Shown: piece by piece, positions 15,811 through 30,870 of the stretch
How the letters are laid out: each line of letters opens with the position of its first letter
Position numbering within the stretch: position 1 is the first letter of the stretch
The notes under the pieces: model-generated
Seen by the model: the letters and a program-made list of their open reading frames with translations, nothing else
What the model was told of the DNA's origin: nothing
Databases searched by the model: none
Source of the DNA: the human T2T-CHM13v2.0 reference genome, Homo sapiens
Direction: 5' to 3' (one strand)
Length of the DNA: 64,000 bases
Assembly: GCF_009914755.1 (NCBI RefSeq)
Contig: NC_060935.1
Translations under genes and position numbers: made by a program

Positions 15811-16412
15811 AGAAATCACAGCAGAGGATGGGCGAGCAGCTCACGAATCATCTGACAATGGTGTGGACGTGGAATTATCTTCACTTAAAATGGAAGAAAC
15901 TGCACTAAAAACCTCACACAGTCAGCACCAGCCCCTTGGAGGCCTGGCCCACAGGCATGCTGGCTTATTAATCAGGAACCTATTCATTACGTGGTTGCTG
16001 GCAAGGACTGCAGTTTTCTTTCTGACTTGTGGTTGAAAGAAGCCAATTCCCCAGGAGAGAAGGGATGGTGGCCACACAGTGACCCTGTCCTGGGGACCAC
16101 GCACATCACTGGACAGACACGGCCACCCCAGCCTACAGGGTGGAAGTTGCTGAGTCCAGACACAGGCATCCCTCCCCAGCCCATGTACTGGGTACACAGT
16201 AGGCCCTCAATGAACATCCGCTGGAAGAATAAAGCATGTTTGTTTTTAAACTCAACTGCTGAGCATGGGTGAGGGACATAAGCCCAAAGACACCATGGGG
16301 TGGGGGCAAGGTCAGGAGGACCCCGCCGGTCCCCATGGCCCTACTGTGATAACTATTTCTGTCATAAAGCTTGCAGTGGCAAAGTGAGGAAGGAAAATCT
16401 TTATATCTTAGG

Positions 16413-16712
16413 GTTTTTTTTTTGTTTTTTGTTTTTTTTAGAGGCTTTGTCACCCAGGCTGAAGTGCAGTGGTGTCATCACAGCGCACTGCAGCCTTGAC
16501 TCCCAGGCTTAAGTGATCCTCCCACCTCAGCCTCCTGAGTAGCTGGGATGACAGGCGTGTACCACGACACCTCATTATTATTATAATTACTTTTTTTAGA
16601 GACAGGGTCTCACTATGTTGCCCAGGCTGGTTTCAAAACCCTAAGCTCAAGCAATCACCTGCCTCCACCTCCCAAAGTGGTTCGGATGACTGGCGTGAGC
16701 CACTGCGCCGGT
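16413..16712 (-). mobile_element. AluJ-type
   Basis: Reverse dimer with J-type features (cactgcagccttgac, cagggtctcactatgttgcc). Confidence 0.9.
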
Positions 16713-17359
16713 CTGTATCTTACTTAGGACTTTGGTGCTGGGCCAGGGATGCCCTCAACACCTTCACTCCCTCCTAATGTGTCTAAGCAAGGAGGAAAAC
16801 AATCTGATTTCTCCACATCTTTACCTTCTTTTAAATTACTCAGGATCCAAAGGCAACAGCCCTGCTGAAAGAGGAATTATGGCCCCATAAGTGTTTTCCT
16901 CTAGCCCTCATTTGAATCTCAAAGGCCAGACAGAGAACCACTCAGCCCACGATTTTTGAAGGTTAATGGAACTGAAAACCCCACTTTATAAGTTCCTAAT
17001 AACCTGAAGAAATGACCTAACTGAAACAGATCAGCCACATCCCAGGTGACCAGGACAATCATCACTGCCTGAAGCATCTCCTCCAAAACTCGATGCAGGG
17101 CCTGTGGGCTCCTCTCAGCCCAGCTGGCCGGGATGTGCCTCACAGTTTCCCAGCAGAACCCTGGACCTGAGAGGGTCATCTCAGAGCAGTAACCCCGGGC
17201 TGCAAAGGGAGGCCAAGGACTTGCTGCTGCGCCACCAGGAGCCAGTGCCCACAGATACCCACACTCTCCTTCCTTCACGGCTGTGAGGTCATTCTGCTGT
17301 TTTATATGGGCCTGGGGAGAAGGGAACTGCATAGGTAGAGATTGGTATCATCTTCCATG

Positions 17360-17520
17360 GAAGCTCTGCCCTATCTTAGCTATGTGATGCTTGGGAAAAC
17401 TCGGTCTCTCTGTACCTCGGTTTCCTCATTTATCAGAGCATGACAATACTATCTAGCTCATAAGTGTTTCTATGCGTGAATCGGAGGCACGTGAGCCCAG
17501 TGTGGAATGAGGACTCAACA
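17360..17520. mobile_element. MIR fragment
   Basis: 'tagctatgtga...ctctctgtacctcggtttcctcatt' core. Confidence 0.6.
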
Positions 17521-19609
17521 CTCCTGCCTGACTTTCCTTCCAAACTCCCCTCTCCAGGAGAATCACACCTTTTAGTTCCATATTTAATCTCTATGAAGTA
17601 TGCACTTCAGGATGTGTTATTGTTATTACAAGACCAACCAAAAATATGAAAGGCTGTTTCCAATGGGCTTGTACAAGGAGGCAGAGGTGACGTGCTGCAA
17701 GGGGTCCCCCCAACACGGGGAGCCTTCATGTCAGGGGCGTAAAAAGAGCAGGACGTGTGCCGAGGGTGCAGGGGAATGGAGGAGGGGGCCCCTTCTGGGT
17801 TTCTGGTTGTGCAAATGGTACCTGCTGGTCCTCTTCAGAGAATGGGGAGCAAGAGAGGGGTTTGTGCCTTGAGTGCCTCCCTGACAGAACATCTGCGTCC
17901 AGGTAGGAATGAGTGTTCCTCATATGGTGAGGAAGGGGCTGGGCTTGGCTACCCCATTGTTTGCTGATGCAATTCATTCAAAAGTAAAGACTCCACACCC
18001 TGGGTAAGAAGAGGTGGAGGAGAAGAGGAAGTCCCCATCCACCCAGCAGTACAAGAGCGAGCACTGGGCTGGGAGGTGAGAGACTTGGCCCCATCACTGG
18101 GATGCTGAGGGATCCCGGGGACTCCTGTTCTCTCTGTGGCCCCACCTACTCCATGTGGAACACTAGGGTGAATTCTGAGAGTGAATTCTGACCAGGCAAC
18201 CAGGGGAATTCTGGAGTCTGGAGTCCTGCCTTGCTCTTGGGTGCTCTGGCTAGAAAAATTGTCAAGGACCCTGTCCCTGGAGCCCCAGACTTGCAGGGGA
18301 ATACGGTGTGATAGGACTGACTCTACCACAGAGGATCAGATGAGAATCGTCCCAGCCAAACCGAGGGGCAGGAGGAAGACTACGGAAGCACAGAGGGGGT
18401 GCGGCGAGACTTGGGGCAACCCTGCAGGAAGAGGCAGTGCTTTGAATGGTGGGTAGAGAGCAGGTGAAGGCACTGCACCCAGGGCATGAGGACCGGGAGA
18501 GGGGCACATACGGCACGGCTGGGGGCCCTGGGAAACCTGGCTAGAAAGAAGGTTCATCCTCAACACCATGTCTGCTCCAACACAGACGATGCTTTAAGGC
18601 ACCTATGAAAACCAACTGCGGATCTCTCTATGGGCCCCACATGCTTCCTGAGGCCACAGTGGGGATAAGCTTGTTGGAGAAGGGCCAGCTCTGCTGTCCT
18701 CACTATGGCCACCACAGTGGGCCGCTCCCTGCCTCAGCAGCTCTCTTGCAAACTGGAAAGCAGCGGTGATTCCCTGTACTGGATGGGTCAGGGGTGGCTC
18801 CGACCCCGCTGCTACACTCCACCTTCTCCCCCTTGACCCCAGCCTGGGTACAGAAACCTGCCAGGTCACTGCGGAGGAGGGAGGAACCGAGACCCAGTGT
18901 TTCTCCTGTTCTGTACCCAACATGCTGGTTTCTAATGTACCTCTAGGCCATCTTCAATTTCAAACCATGCATGGTGTTCTTGAATCCACATATCCTTCTG
19001 CTTAAATTGACACAGGACTTACTTGGGTCAAGGACTGTGCTGGTGTCTGGGGTCACAAAGATGGTGCAGGATTTGGGGCAGACACCTGGAGGAGCTTCAG
19101 AAAAGGAGGATGGCCTTACTGTCCACCTACCTAATGTCACAGAGCAAAAACGCTGGCGCCCCCTGTGCCCCCACCCCCCAGCATTGGCAATGCTATGTCA
19201 TGGGCTTAGTTTTTTGCTTGCCAGAATGGGGGCTTGCAGTAAGCAGGGTCAATCATCACTGCTTCCCTAGGCCTCACCCATGGCCACGAACCCTCAGGGG
19301 TTCACTGTGTGTCTGTTAAATAAATGAACCCCTAAAATGACCACGCTCACTGTGCTACGTGCTGCATCAGAGGCCTGTGTGGCCTGGGCCAAAAAGTAGA
19401 GAGGGAGCGTGGCAGGTGGGGGCGAGGACACTCCCAGAGGAAGGGACATGGCAGCCGAATCCTGAAGGAGGAGCTGATGGGAAGACACAGGGATAGCTGC
19501 TGTTTGGGCAGAGGAAAAGCAGGATGGAAGCATGGTGGTGAGAGCGTGGGACAAAACACACACTGCTATTTAGAAAACTCTGTCATTCTTTCACGCTGCC
19601 ATGCACTCA

Positions 19610-20675
19610 CTCACTCACCACCTATCCAACTACCCACCTATCCACTCATTCACCCACCTATCAAACTCAACCGCACATCCATCCATCCATCCATCCATCT
19701 TCCAGCCTACCCATCCATCCATCTACCCATCCATCCATTTACCTATCCATCCATCCATCCACCCACCCACCCACCGATTCATTCATCTTTCCATTTACCC
19801 ATCAACCCATCCATCTATTTACCCATTCATCCAACTTCCCATCTACCCACCCACCCATCCATCCATCTACCCATCCATCCATCCATTTACCCATTCATCT
19901 ATCTTCCCATATACCTACCCATCCACCCATCCATCTACCCATCCATCCATCCATCCATTCATCCATCTACCCATTCATCTAACTTCCCATCTACCCACCC
20001 ACCCATTCATCCATCTACCCATCCATCCATCTACCCATCCATCCATCTTCCCATTCATCCATCTTTCCATCCAACCATCCATCCATCTATCTATCCATCC
20101 ATCCATCCACCCACCCATCTACCCATTCATCTATCTTCCCATCTACCCATCCACCCATCTATCCATCGGCCCATCCATCCATCTATCCATCTACTCATTC
20201 ATCCATCTTCACATCTTCCCATCCATCCATCCATCCATCCATCCATCCATCCATCCATCCATCCATCCATCCATGAATCCATCCATCCATCCACCCACCC
20301 ATTTATCCATCTTCCCATCTATCCATCCATCCATCCATCCATCCATCTTCCCATCCATCCATCCAACCATCCATCCATCCATCCATCCAACCATCCATCC
20401 ATCCATCCACCCACCCACCCACCCATTCATCCATCTTCCCATCTACCCATATACCCATCCACCCATCTATCTATCCATCTATCCATCCATCCATCCATCC
20501 ATCCATCCATCCATCCATCCATCCATCCAACCATCTGCCTGTCCACCCATTCGTCAATTCATCTGCCTCTCCATCCATCCGTCCATCCATCCGTTCATCT
20601 GCCTGCATGCCTGCCCATCCATCCACCCACCCACCCAGCCATCCAGCCATTTCATCCATCCATCATCTATCCCAT
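19610..20675. repeat. Degenerate (CCAT)n tract, ~1.07 kb
   Basis: Visible directly; generates the His/Pro/Ser/Ile ORFs. Confidence 0.97.
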
Positions 20676-20759
20676 TCCAAGCACTGTGTCACATGCTTGG
20701 GAAACAAACAAGAAGAAGACAAAGTCCTGCCTGCAGAGGGTCTACAATCCGTCACAGTC

Positions 20760-20915
20760 AGGAATGCTGCAAAATCACCTGAGGAGCTTGTTAACTATTC
20801 AGATTCCCAGGCTGTGTCCTTGGAGACACAATTCTGCAGATGTAGGGATGGATGGCCAGGAGATCTGCACATTTAACAAACTCCTCTCATGTCTCAGATG
20901 CAGGGACTTCGGGAA
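20760..20915. mobile_element. MER5-like (hAT-Charlie) fragment
   Basis: 'aatcacctgaggagcttgttaa...agattcccaggc...atctgcacatttaacaaactcc'. Confidence 0.65.
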
Positions 20916-22899
20916 GAGAGGCTGAGAAACTGCACTCAGGTACACAGCTTGGACAGGAGCCTCTGGCTCAGGAGCCTGATGCTGGATCTCGCATAAAGAA
21001 CTATCGGGAGTGGAGGGAAGAATGTGCCAGGCACAGTGAAGGACAAAGAAGAGCCCTTGAATTAAAAAAAAAAAAAAAAGGAGCGTCAGTGGGGGAATCG
21101 GAACATGTACACACCTATTTTTGGGCACCCCTTATTTTAGAAGAAAAATGTTGGGGTATGTTTTCCCAGGTACATGGTATGCAACTGTCTACTGGGAACG
21201 TCAACCCCTTCCCAAATGGGACCGAGCGGAGGAGATGTAAATTAACCTTCTGAAAGAGCCAGGAGCAGCAGTGTTATCAGCAGGACCCCAGGGCCACCCT
21301 GGGGCCCGTCACAGCCACCCTGCCTGCCTGCTGCCCAGACCCGACTTCCACTGCAAAAAATGAGTTTGGTTTCTCTGGAAACCCTCCCAGACCTGCCCCT
21401 GCCAGCCAGGCAGCTGGGTTTCCTGCCCACAATGATTGTTCCCTTGATATCAAGGGGACAGAATTCCTCCAAACGGCCTTGGCTCTGCAGGCAGTGGATC
21501 GGCTCGACCCGCCCGCCTCTAAGCACTGCCATGCAGGCAGCAAGGATGTGCGGGCCACCCCACGATGGGGAGGAGGCACCGACAGCTCGGCAGGAAGGAA
21601 GAGCGGTGCCACTGGCAGCAGGAAGGGGCTCCGTGCCAATTGTGTGCAAATGGCCTGCGCGGCCCACTCGAATCTCTTTTCAGAACAGCAGTCCTTTGCC
21701 ATCGATCCTTTGAAGTGTGAGTTTTGGAACCGAGCTCTGTCATTTCTGTTCTCCCTGGGAGAAAGGCCCAGCTCCCCGCACGCCCCACGCTCCTGCGAGG
21801 GGCGGGTTCCAGTCTGGTCATGTTTGAGGAGGTGCTGCTGGGTTCCAGTGTGCTGGGGAGGGGCAGAGAGGCTGAGGAGGCCCAGTCCTGGGGCCTGGAT
21901 AGGAGTCACGTGACCTCCCTTCTTTCCTTTGTTGAATCATTCTATCAAACCCAGGGAGTTGGACAGGGGAAGGCCCCCCCAGAGCTTCTGGGAATTAAGG
22001 TGTGAGATGTGGATTCGCCTGCCATGTCCCAGGACCCCTGCGAGTCCTGGGTCCTCAAGTCTGCCTACCACTGCCAGCCTGTGGGAGACTCGGATCCACT
22101 GATGGGGCTCATCACCGGCTCCCCCTCTCCCTTGAGCTCCTGCTCATCCATGCTGCTACTCAGGGTCCCCTCTAAGGGACTCTCAGCTGTTTAGTGCCCA
22201 CTCCCATGGGCCTCTGCTCTATGTCTAAGGGACTGGGGACATGTGCCAAGTTCACAGCATGGGAGCCTGTCTGCAGCTCTGCCCCTCTCGGAGCATGGGT
22301 CAGTATGCCTGAGTGAGTCCACAGATGCCCAGCCCCAGGCTCTAGGTTCATCTTCACAGGCCTCTCTGCCCCTTTGGAAGTCCAGGACTAACCTGGCTGC
22401 CCTACAGGAACTGCCAGCCGCACCCCAGCCTTCTCCTTGGGCATCAGTGAGCTCCAAAGCAGGACTCACAGAGGAGCAGCTCCCACCCTCCGACCCCTGA
22501 GCCCCAGGCTTCTCCTCTTTACAATAGGGACAGGCCTGGACAAGAAGACCGTGTGTCCCTTCCTGCTCTGGAGAGACAGTGAGCTTCCTTGGCTCCCACT
22601 TGGGCCTAGGGGGTGGCCCTGAGTGTGCAGACCGGTCAGAAAACACTCTCTAACTAGGAACTTCAGCTCTCACTTCCTAGAACGGGGTTGCTAACAAGGC
22701 CGGCATCGGCCCTGATCCCTGCACAGATGGCCCCTCTTGCTCCCCCACTGCGGGGCCTTAACATCCTTGTCACCCGACATCTCAGGGCTGGCCTCAGTGG
22801 GGAGGAGGGAAGGTGGCTCTCAGCACTAGTCCTCAGAGAGACAGCCAAGTTGATGGGGTAAGTGTGAAGGATTTTAAAGTGGCAATTACACCAACCTAC

Positions 22900-23205
22900 A
22901 GTGTTGTAAAAACAAAACAAAAAACTAAGTTTTTAATGAACAAAAAAATCTCAACAAGGTAATAGGAGATCTTGGCAAATAAAAGGCAACAATAAAAACA
23001 GATAAACAGAAAAGCTAGCAAACATGATTTATGAAATTATAAAACTCAAAAGACGGACTTAACAGCTACAGGGACATTTCAAAGGAAAGGGTAAGTGAAC
23101 TTAAACAATAACCAATAGAAATGATCTAATGTAAAGAAAAATGACTGAAAAAAATGAATAGAGCTCCAGGGACTTGTTTGATGCTATCAAATGATGAAAT
23201 ATGTG
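22900..23205 (+). mobile_element. Old L1M ORF1-region fragment
   Basis: A-rich island with 'aagtgaactt...aatagaaatgatctaa...aaaaatgaatagagctccagggacttgt'. Confidence 0.6.
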
Positions 23206-24254
23206 TGCAGCAGAAACACTGGCCATCAGGCAAGAGGGCGGGGCTCTGCCATCATTAGAATGTTGCAGTAACCCAGGTCAAGCTGACCTGATCAGTGTGT
23301 CGCGCAGAGAAAGGAACTGAGTCAATTACCTGCTGGGGGCCAGGAGGCAGCCAGCTGGGGAAGGCGGGATTTGAACCGGGCCTACTGACCTCTAAGGGCC
23401 GCACCTTCCACCCATGCCACTCCAATGGCAACCTGCCCTCCAATGGCAAGGCCCTCCAATGGCAGGGCCCGGCATGCTGCCCTCCAATGGCGGGGCCCGG
23501 GCATGCTGGCCACGTGTGCTAGGCCTTTCTTGCTCCACCCAGTGAGTTCCTACCACCCCACACAACCTCCGCAGCCCACACCTGCCATGTTGCTTCTGCT
23601 GTGTGCCTCAGATGACACCACTGCCAACTTCCCTCCAACCCTACTTTTATCTTCCTGCAGTGCTTCACACACCTGACTTCCCCCTGGGCAGAAACCATCA
23701 CTGGCTCCCCAATACCCCAGGAACAATGTCTAACCCCTTCTTGACCTGGTGTTGACAATGGCCCCCCCAGAGGCTTCTCAACGCTGGTTCTCAGGATTCT
23801 GCTTTGAGAATCTTTCCTTCCAACCTGGTAGAATTCCTTCCTTTGAACACTGCAGGCCCCGGGCCTCAGGTCACACCGGACCATCTACCTGGAGACCCCA
23901 AAGCCGACCCATGCCAGGGCCCACCCCGACACTTCAGACTTAGGGGATGGAAAGGAGCTCTGCTCTTCGATGCCCTCATCTGGCTCCCCCACTGCCCTTC
24001 TCAAGTGGAATCTCATTCCCAGTGGACGTGTCCCCTTCGATCCCTGAGACCCAGCACTGGGGAAGCCGCAGCAGCTCCCTGGAGAGTGAGGGAAAGGGTC
24101 TGGGAACGTCACTCTGTTCCCCATTCCTGCCCTTCCAGGGGCCCGTGTTTTCCATGGAGAAGCACAGCCTTGGACATCGTCCCCACAGCAGGCCGGGTGA
24201 AGGGCCCCAGCCTGACCTCACTCCAGGAGCGGAGGACAACCAGCAGACACTGAC

Positions 24255-24424
24255 CTTTGACCCTGTCACCGCGGTGAAGGGGGATCTCGCCGTCCACTTG
24301 GGGTTGGTATGGCTTGACAGCGACGAAGAGCCTCCCGGGCACGGCACTGTAGAGCTTCCGCTTGGGCCCCGGGTACTCGAAGGCCGAGAGTGAGTCCTTG
24401 TTGGCACCAAGAGCAAAAGGCGAC
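24255..24424 (-). CDS. SHANK2: SHANK2 coding exon, 170 nt (SPFALGANKD...KLYSAVPGRLFVAVKPYQPQVDGEIPLHRGDRVK), N-terminal half of SH3
   Basis: Long (CT)n tract then gtccag|G acceptor; donor AAAG|gtcagt. Phase 2 to phase 1, matching the neighbouring exons. Shank SH3 motif present. Confidence 0.97.
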
Positions 24425-24584
24425 CTGGACCAGGTGAGAGGGGCAGAGAGAGAGAGAGCAGAGTCACAAGGTCACAAGCCACATGCCACAAACCACAGCC
24501 AAGCCATTCAACGCATGCTGCGCCTCGGCTGGCCGCATCAGAACTCCTGATGCCAGACAGGAAGATGGGAACAGGCCGGGGCAG

Positions 24585-25754
<1,170 letters not shown>

Positions 25755-25772
25755 TATTTTGCCACTATTTTA

Positions 25773-26021
<249 letters not shown>

Positions 26022-27889
26022 TCAGGTGGAGACAGAAATCCAGGAAGGCCATGGGTGTCCGACACTTCATCCACCTCACTGTGAGCGTCAGTCACACTGG
26101 ACGAGGAAGCACCCAGGGCCTTCCATCAAAATGGGTCACGACCTCGGTTCTCCCAGTGCAGTTCCCAGCGGCCCCAGCGAACCACGCTAGAGGAACTCAT
26201 ATCCGTTCTTGCTGTATGTCATTGATTTTGCACAGAGCTATGTTTTCAACCTGACTTCTACACCCGACAGTAAGACACACCTTAACAGGGCCCAGAGACA
26301 GGACACGCAACACAAAGTACTCTGAGATGCACCTACACAGTGCCAGGACGGGCGTCCTTAGAAACAAACGCATCTACACGGAGGAAGTTGGCCAGAAATT
26401 CAGGACGGCCCTCCCGGGCACATGCTCAGAAAGACAGGGAAAGTGTCCACCTGCGGCTGGCATCCTCCAACAGGGCGCCTGGCTGCAGGGAAGCGAGTGG
26501 TCTCTGACCATGGTTCCCCTCCCAAACTTTAGGTGCTGTGGCCTCTGAGGCGATGGAGGCAGCATCAGTCTTTCTATGAGGACAGGGAGGAAGGGCCCAT
26601 GCACACAGGGACCCATGCAAAACAGGCTTGCAGGGAAAGTTCTAGAAGCGGATGTGACTACCCTCTTTTGGCATTTAACATAAGCCTCCCCCTGATCACC
26701 TGCCTTCACTACTGTAATCACCCGACTCATGTGTCCCTGATAATTGCCTTATAGTTTGCTCTGTGCTTGTATAAAGTTACAGAAGGGCAATGGGGCTGTA
26801 TTTAGTTCTGATTCTTACTCCTTCTCTCAGCATTAGGATGGTGAGATCTGGCCATGGGGACCTTACCCATGTCAACGTGTTTGAGGAGCCAGGGCTCCAT
26901 GTACTCCGATTACTCTGTAGGGAGCAGATTGGGCCTGAATACTCAGTCTGTCTGCCTGACTCCAAATCTCAGATTTGTCCTGAAACCATGGGGAGCAGAG
27001 ACAGGGCAGGACAGTGGCCTCTTCTGGAACAGGTGGGCGTCTTGGATGCTTACCTGGGCTCTGAGGACATTGAGAGATGGGGGAGGCTGCAAGCAGCTAG
27101 GACTTCCCTGTCCCCTGTCCCTAGGGATGCCATTCCTCCCCCAAGTCACAGCCACAAATGTGGCAGTCACAGACTCCTGGGGGCACAGGTGTCTCTGAGC
27201 TGTCACTGCCATGCAGCCTGGGCACAATATGGAGCCCACCGGGCACGGTGTGGCACAGCAGTGCATCGATGTGCACAGCCAGGAGAATTCCAAAGGACCA
27301 CTGTTCCCCATCGATGGACATCATCTATCCCCAAACACCCCAGGAGTTCCTGGAGCAGGAACTCCTGCAAAAGCTAGGTTTGGTGGCCTCCTCTTGTCCA
27401 AAGGCATAGCTCAGTGAGCCACCAGGGAGCAGAGGGAAAGGACACTGGGCACTTCCTGCTCTGCAAGGGGAGCTGATGAACGCAACAGCAGCGCTGGGCC
27501 AGGCCCCCACCTGAGAGGCTTCCCTGCCAGCCTGCCCAGCCATCTGCACGTGTACCAGCACTCAGACACATTCAACTCAGCCTGACTCAGGCAGGGCTGG
27601 ACTGGCACAGGACCGAGAGCTGGGAGGGGTGGGAGCCTGTACCGCAGGCACTGAGCGTCTCACGGCTGTCTCCTCTCTGGCTCCCAGGCCAGCAGGGATG
27701 CGGGGAGGAGAATCCCGGCAACCAAGGGACTCCAAGGAGAATACAGCACCCCAGGGTCAGAATCCCTCCTCTCCTTGAACTTCCCTTAATGCACCTGCCC
27801 ACATCTGCCCCGAGTGATGAAGCCAGCAAGGCTGGCGGCCATCATGGGCTCTGTGGACGGCCTGAACCTCCCGTCACTCCCAGGCTGAC

Positions 27890-28050
27890 CTGCCCCAGCT
27901 GTGTGACCTTCAGTGAGTCACTTTACCTCTCTGAGCCTTAATTTTCTTATTTGTAAAATAGGTGGTAGAGGGTGGGGGTAGGGCGAATCCCCACCACCTG
28001 TGGTTGCTGGGAGACTAATGAGAAAATGCAGATGAGAAGCTCAGTTCCCA
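27890..28050. mobile_element. MIR fragment
   Basis: 'agctgtgtgaccttcagtgagtcactttacctctctgagccttaattttcttatttgtaaaat'. Confidence 0.75.
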
Positions 28051-28704
28051 GCCCCGCTGCAGCTCCGAGGGCAGTCACTGTCTCTGCATTGACCATTATC
28101 CAGGCTGGACCGGCAGCAGCCAGAACACAGGGCTATGCCGACATCATCTCAACCCCCTCTCCTGGCCGGTGATGCGACATGGGCGATTGGAGGAGCTGGA
28201 TGCATTAGGCCCCATCAGGACTGAAGGTTAGTCCTAGTGATGAGGTCACAGGTGGCCCCAGTGTCCCCTGGGCTGCATGGATGCTCTTCAGCAGGTGGAG
28301 TGGCTGCAGGTCAGGTCAGCCCAGCCCCATGATCAGTCCCCAAGCACCCGGATAGGTTGACTCCAGGGGGAGCAAGGTGAGGCTTGTGGGCTTCCTCCCG
28401 AGGGGAAAGGGTGGGTCAAAGTCTAGAGGAAAAATCAGATGAACAAGGCTGACAGTAGCTGGGGCAGGGCAGAGGGTGAGCCACAGAGCAGGAGTCACAG
28501 GGTCTGTTCACAACTGTTATGTGTCTGACACAGCAGCTGCTTAAGTCCAGAACTTAGGAACCAAATGAGGAGTGCGTCTTCTCAGGATTTCCACACCCAA
28601 AGAGCTCCTGCAAGGAACCCCACGGCCCCACTGTGCATCCTCAACAGCAGCCGGCAAGGGACACTGAGCCTGCCCTGCTTGAGAAGTCAGTTAACTTCAT
28701 CAGA

Positions 28705-29155
28705 ATTAATCCATCCACTCATCTCTTCTTTGTTATCCATCCAGGCCTCCTTGCCCAAATACCTGTTCTTCCATCCATCCACCCACCCACTCATCCACCC
28801 ACTATCCATCATCGATCCATCCATCCATCCATCTACCCATCCATCCACCCATCCATCCACTCATCATCTACCTATCCATCATCCATCCACTCATCCATCC
28901 ATCCATCCATCCATCATCTATTCATCCATCCATTCATCCAACATCCATCTACCCATCCATCCACCATTCATTTATCCATCCATCTACCCATCCATTCATC
29001 CATCATCTATCCATCCACCATCCAGCCATCCATCCATCATGTATTCATCATCCATCATCCATCTACCCATCCATCCACCATTCATTCATCCATGCATCTA
29101 CCCATCCACCCATCCATCTTATCATTTTTCTGAACATCTATTCACTCATCTACCC
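28705..29155. repeat. Degenerate (CCAT)n tract
   Basis: Visible directly in the sequence. Confidence 0.95.
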
Positions 29156-29634
29156 AAAGTTCAGAAAGATCTTGCCTGAAGCCCAGCTGAACACTTACTA
29201 TCCATCATTGGACAAGTTAGCTACCTCTCAAAGCCTCAACCTCCCCATCAAAAAAGCGGATGATCAGGAGTAACTGTGATAACGCACTCTGCCAGGTGTT
29301 ATGCAAACATCAGCACCTTCACACTGCCCTGCTGCAGCTGCAAAGTCAGTAACAAAGTGCCTGTCTCACCTCACTGGTCCAGCTGGCACCAGAGTGCGTG
29401 TCACTTGACAGAGAAGTCAAAGTGAACACAGCTCCAACCTTGAAGCTCTGTTTCTTGATTCTCTTTGCAGGAATCAGTTCCCTAACCCATCAACCCCAGA
29501 GCCTGGGGAACCTTTATCTAAAAACAGGAAAGCCTTATTTCTTCTAGACCAGAGTGGTGTACACGGTTGCAGGCAGTGATTACCGGGCAGTGACGTACGG
29601 TTCCAGCCAAATGCTCACATGTCTTCTTATTCAC

Positions 29635-29770
29635 TGTTAATTTGAACCTCAAAAAGTCCCACAAAGGCAGAAGGTGAAAACTTTTGTCCCCATTTTACAG
29701 GTGAGAAAATGGAGGCTCCATAAATGGTGACTTGGGTATGGAAATACAGAGCTGGTCCTCACATCCTAGC
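29635..29770. mobile_element. MIR fragment
   Basis: 'tccccattttacaggtgagaaaatggaggc'. Confidence 0.65.
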
Positions 29771-30249
29771 TCGGGGTTCCCTGCTCTGTCTGGTGACAGA
29801 ATGAGGTGAACAAGATCTCACCTGCTACAAGGTGTCTTATCCTTGTGATGTCTCATTTGATGAACTACATCCTCCTGCCAGGTCCCACTCTTCCCACAGC
29901 AGCCATAGTCAGCAGCAGAAGCCAGACCTCTGCAGCCCAGGGAGAAGGGCTGCCCCGCTCAGGAGACATGGCACCCGGGCCACGCTGGGGGTCCCTCCTG
30001 CTGTCCTGCCTGCACAGTGAGGACTGGTCTGAAGTTCCTGCATCCCAAACTGTCCATGTTTTCCTTATGTTCTGGCCAAGAACAGCCAGGAGGGATTCTA
30101 ACCAACTTGTTTTGGTATAAGGGCCAAATCACTGAATTCTTAAAATGAAAAAATTGGTAATCTTCTCGGTGGGGTGACTTGGATCAGTGAGTTGGGCCAT
30201 TTCCCAGCCAGCCTGGGTGAACAGGAACTGGCCGACATACTGACCTTTC

Positions 30250-30870
30250 TCCATTCATTCATTCACCAGTCAGTTACACATTCATTCATTCATCCAGCAA
30301 GTACTCTGCGGGTGGGCTGTGAGCCCATCGCCATGTGGGTCTGCAGACCCCCGTGAATGGTAGACACGGATGCAGGCCTCAGGGAGCTGACGGTCAACTG
30401 GGCAGAAGCACAGGTCAGCAGATGCATTTCCGCCCATCTGAGGGGTCAGCACAGAGAACAGGGCCAGGACTTGAGGTCAGGGTTAGAGTCCACAGGGCCT
30501 ACCCACAAAAGGCTACAAGAGGGGACAGCTGGGTAGTGCAGAGAGAAGGGCAAGGGCACGGGAAAGGCTCTGCAGGGATGTTCGGGGAGAAATGGATGCC
30601 ACACGGCGCAGTGGTGCCAGTGAACGAGCACCAGCTCACCCTGGATGCAGCCTCAAGGCTGGACCGGAGCAGACAGAAGGTGGAGGTGGGGAGCCCCATT
30701 GAGGGCCCCTGTGGCCATCCCAGGGGAGCTAGGGGAGCCCCTGATGTGTAGAATTGTGAGAAAGTTGGAGGTTTCAAGAGGCACAATCACCCAGGCCTGG
30801 GACCTACTCAAGGTGGGTAGGTGGGTGTGTCTTCCAGGTTACGGCTCACGCAGAAGATGGCAGTAGGGGA
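30250..30870 (-). mobile_element. L2 3' fragment
   Basis: (CATT)n terminus followed by a diverged L2-like body. Confidence 0.5.

Noticed and set aside
19477-20925. 482-aa and 393-aa His/Pro/Ser/Ile ORFs
   Set aside because: Translations of a (CCAT)n tract with no splice or promoter support. The same applies to 28565-29179.
24109-24254. Read-through of the 170-nt exon as a second truncated isoform
   Set aside because: The frame stays open ~48 codons, but it splits the SH3 fold and I saw no nearby minus-strand polyA signal.
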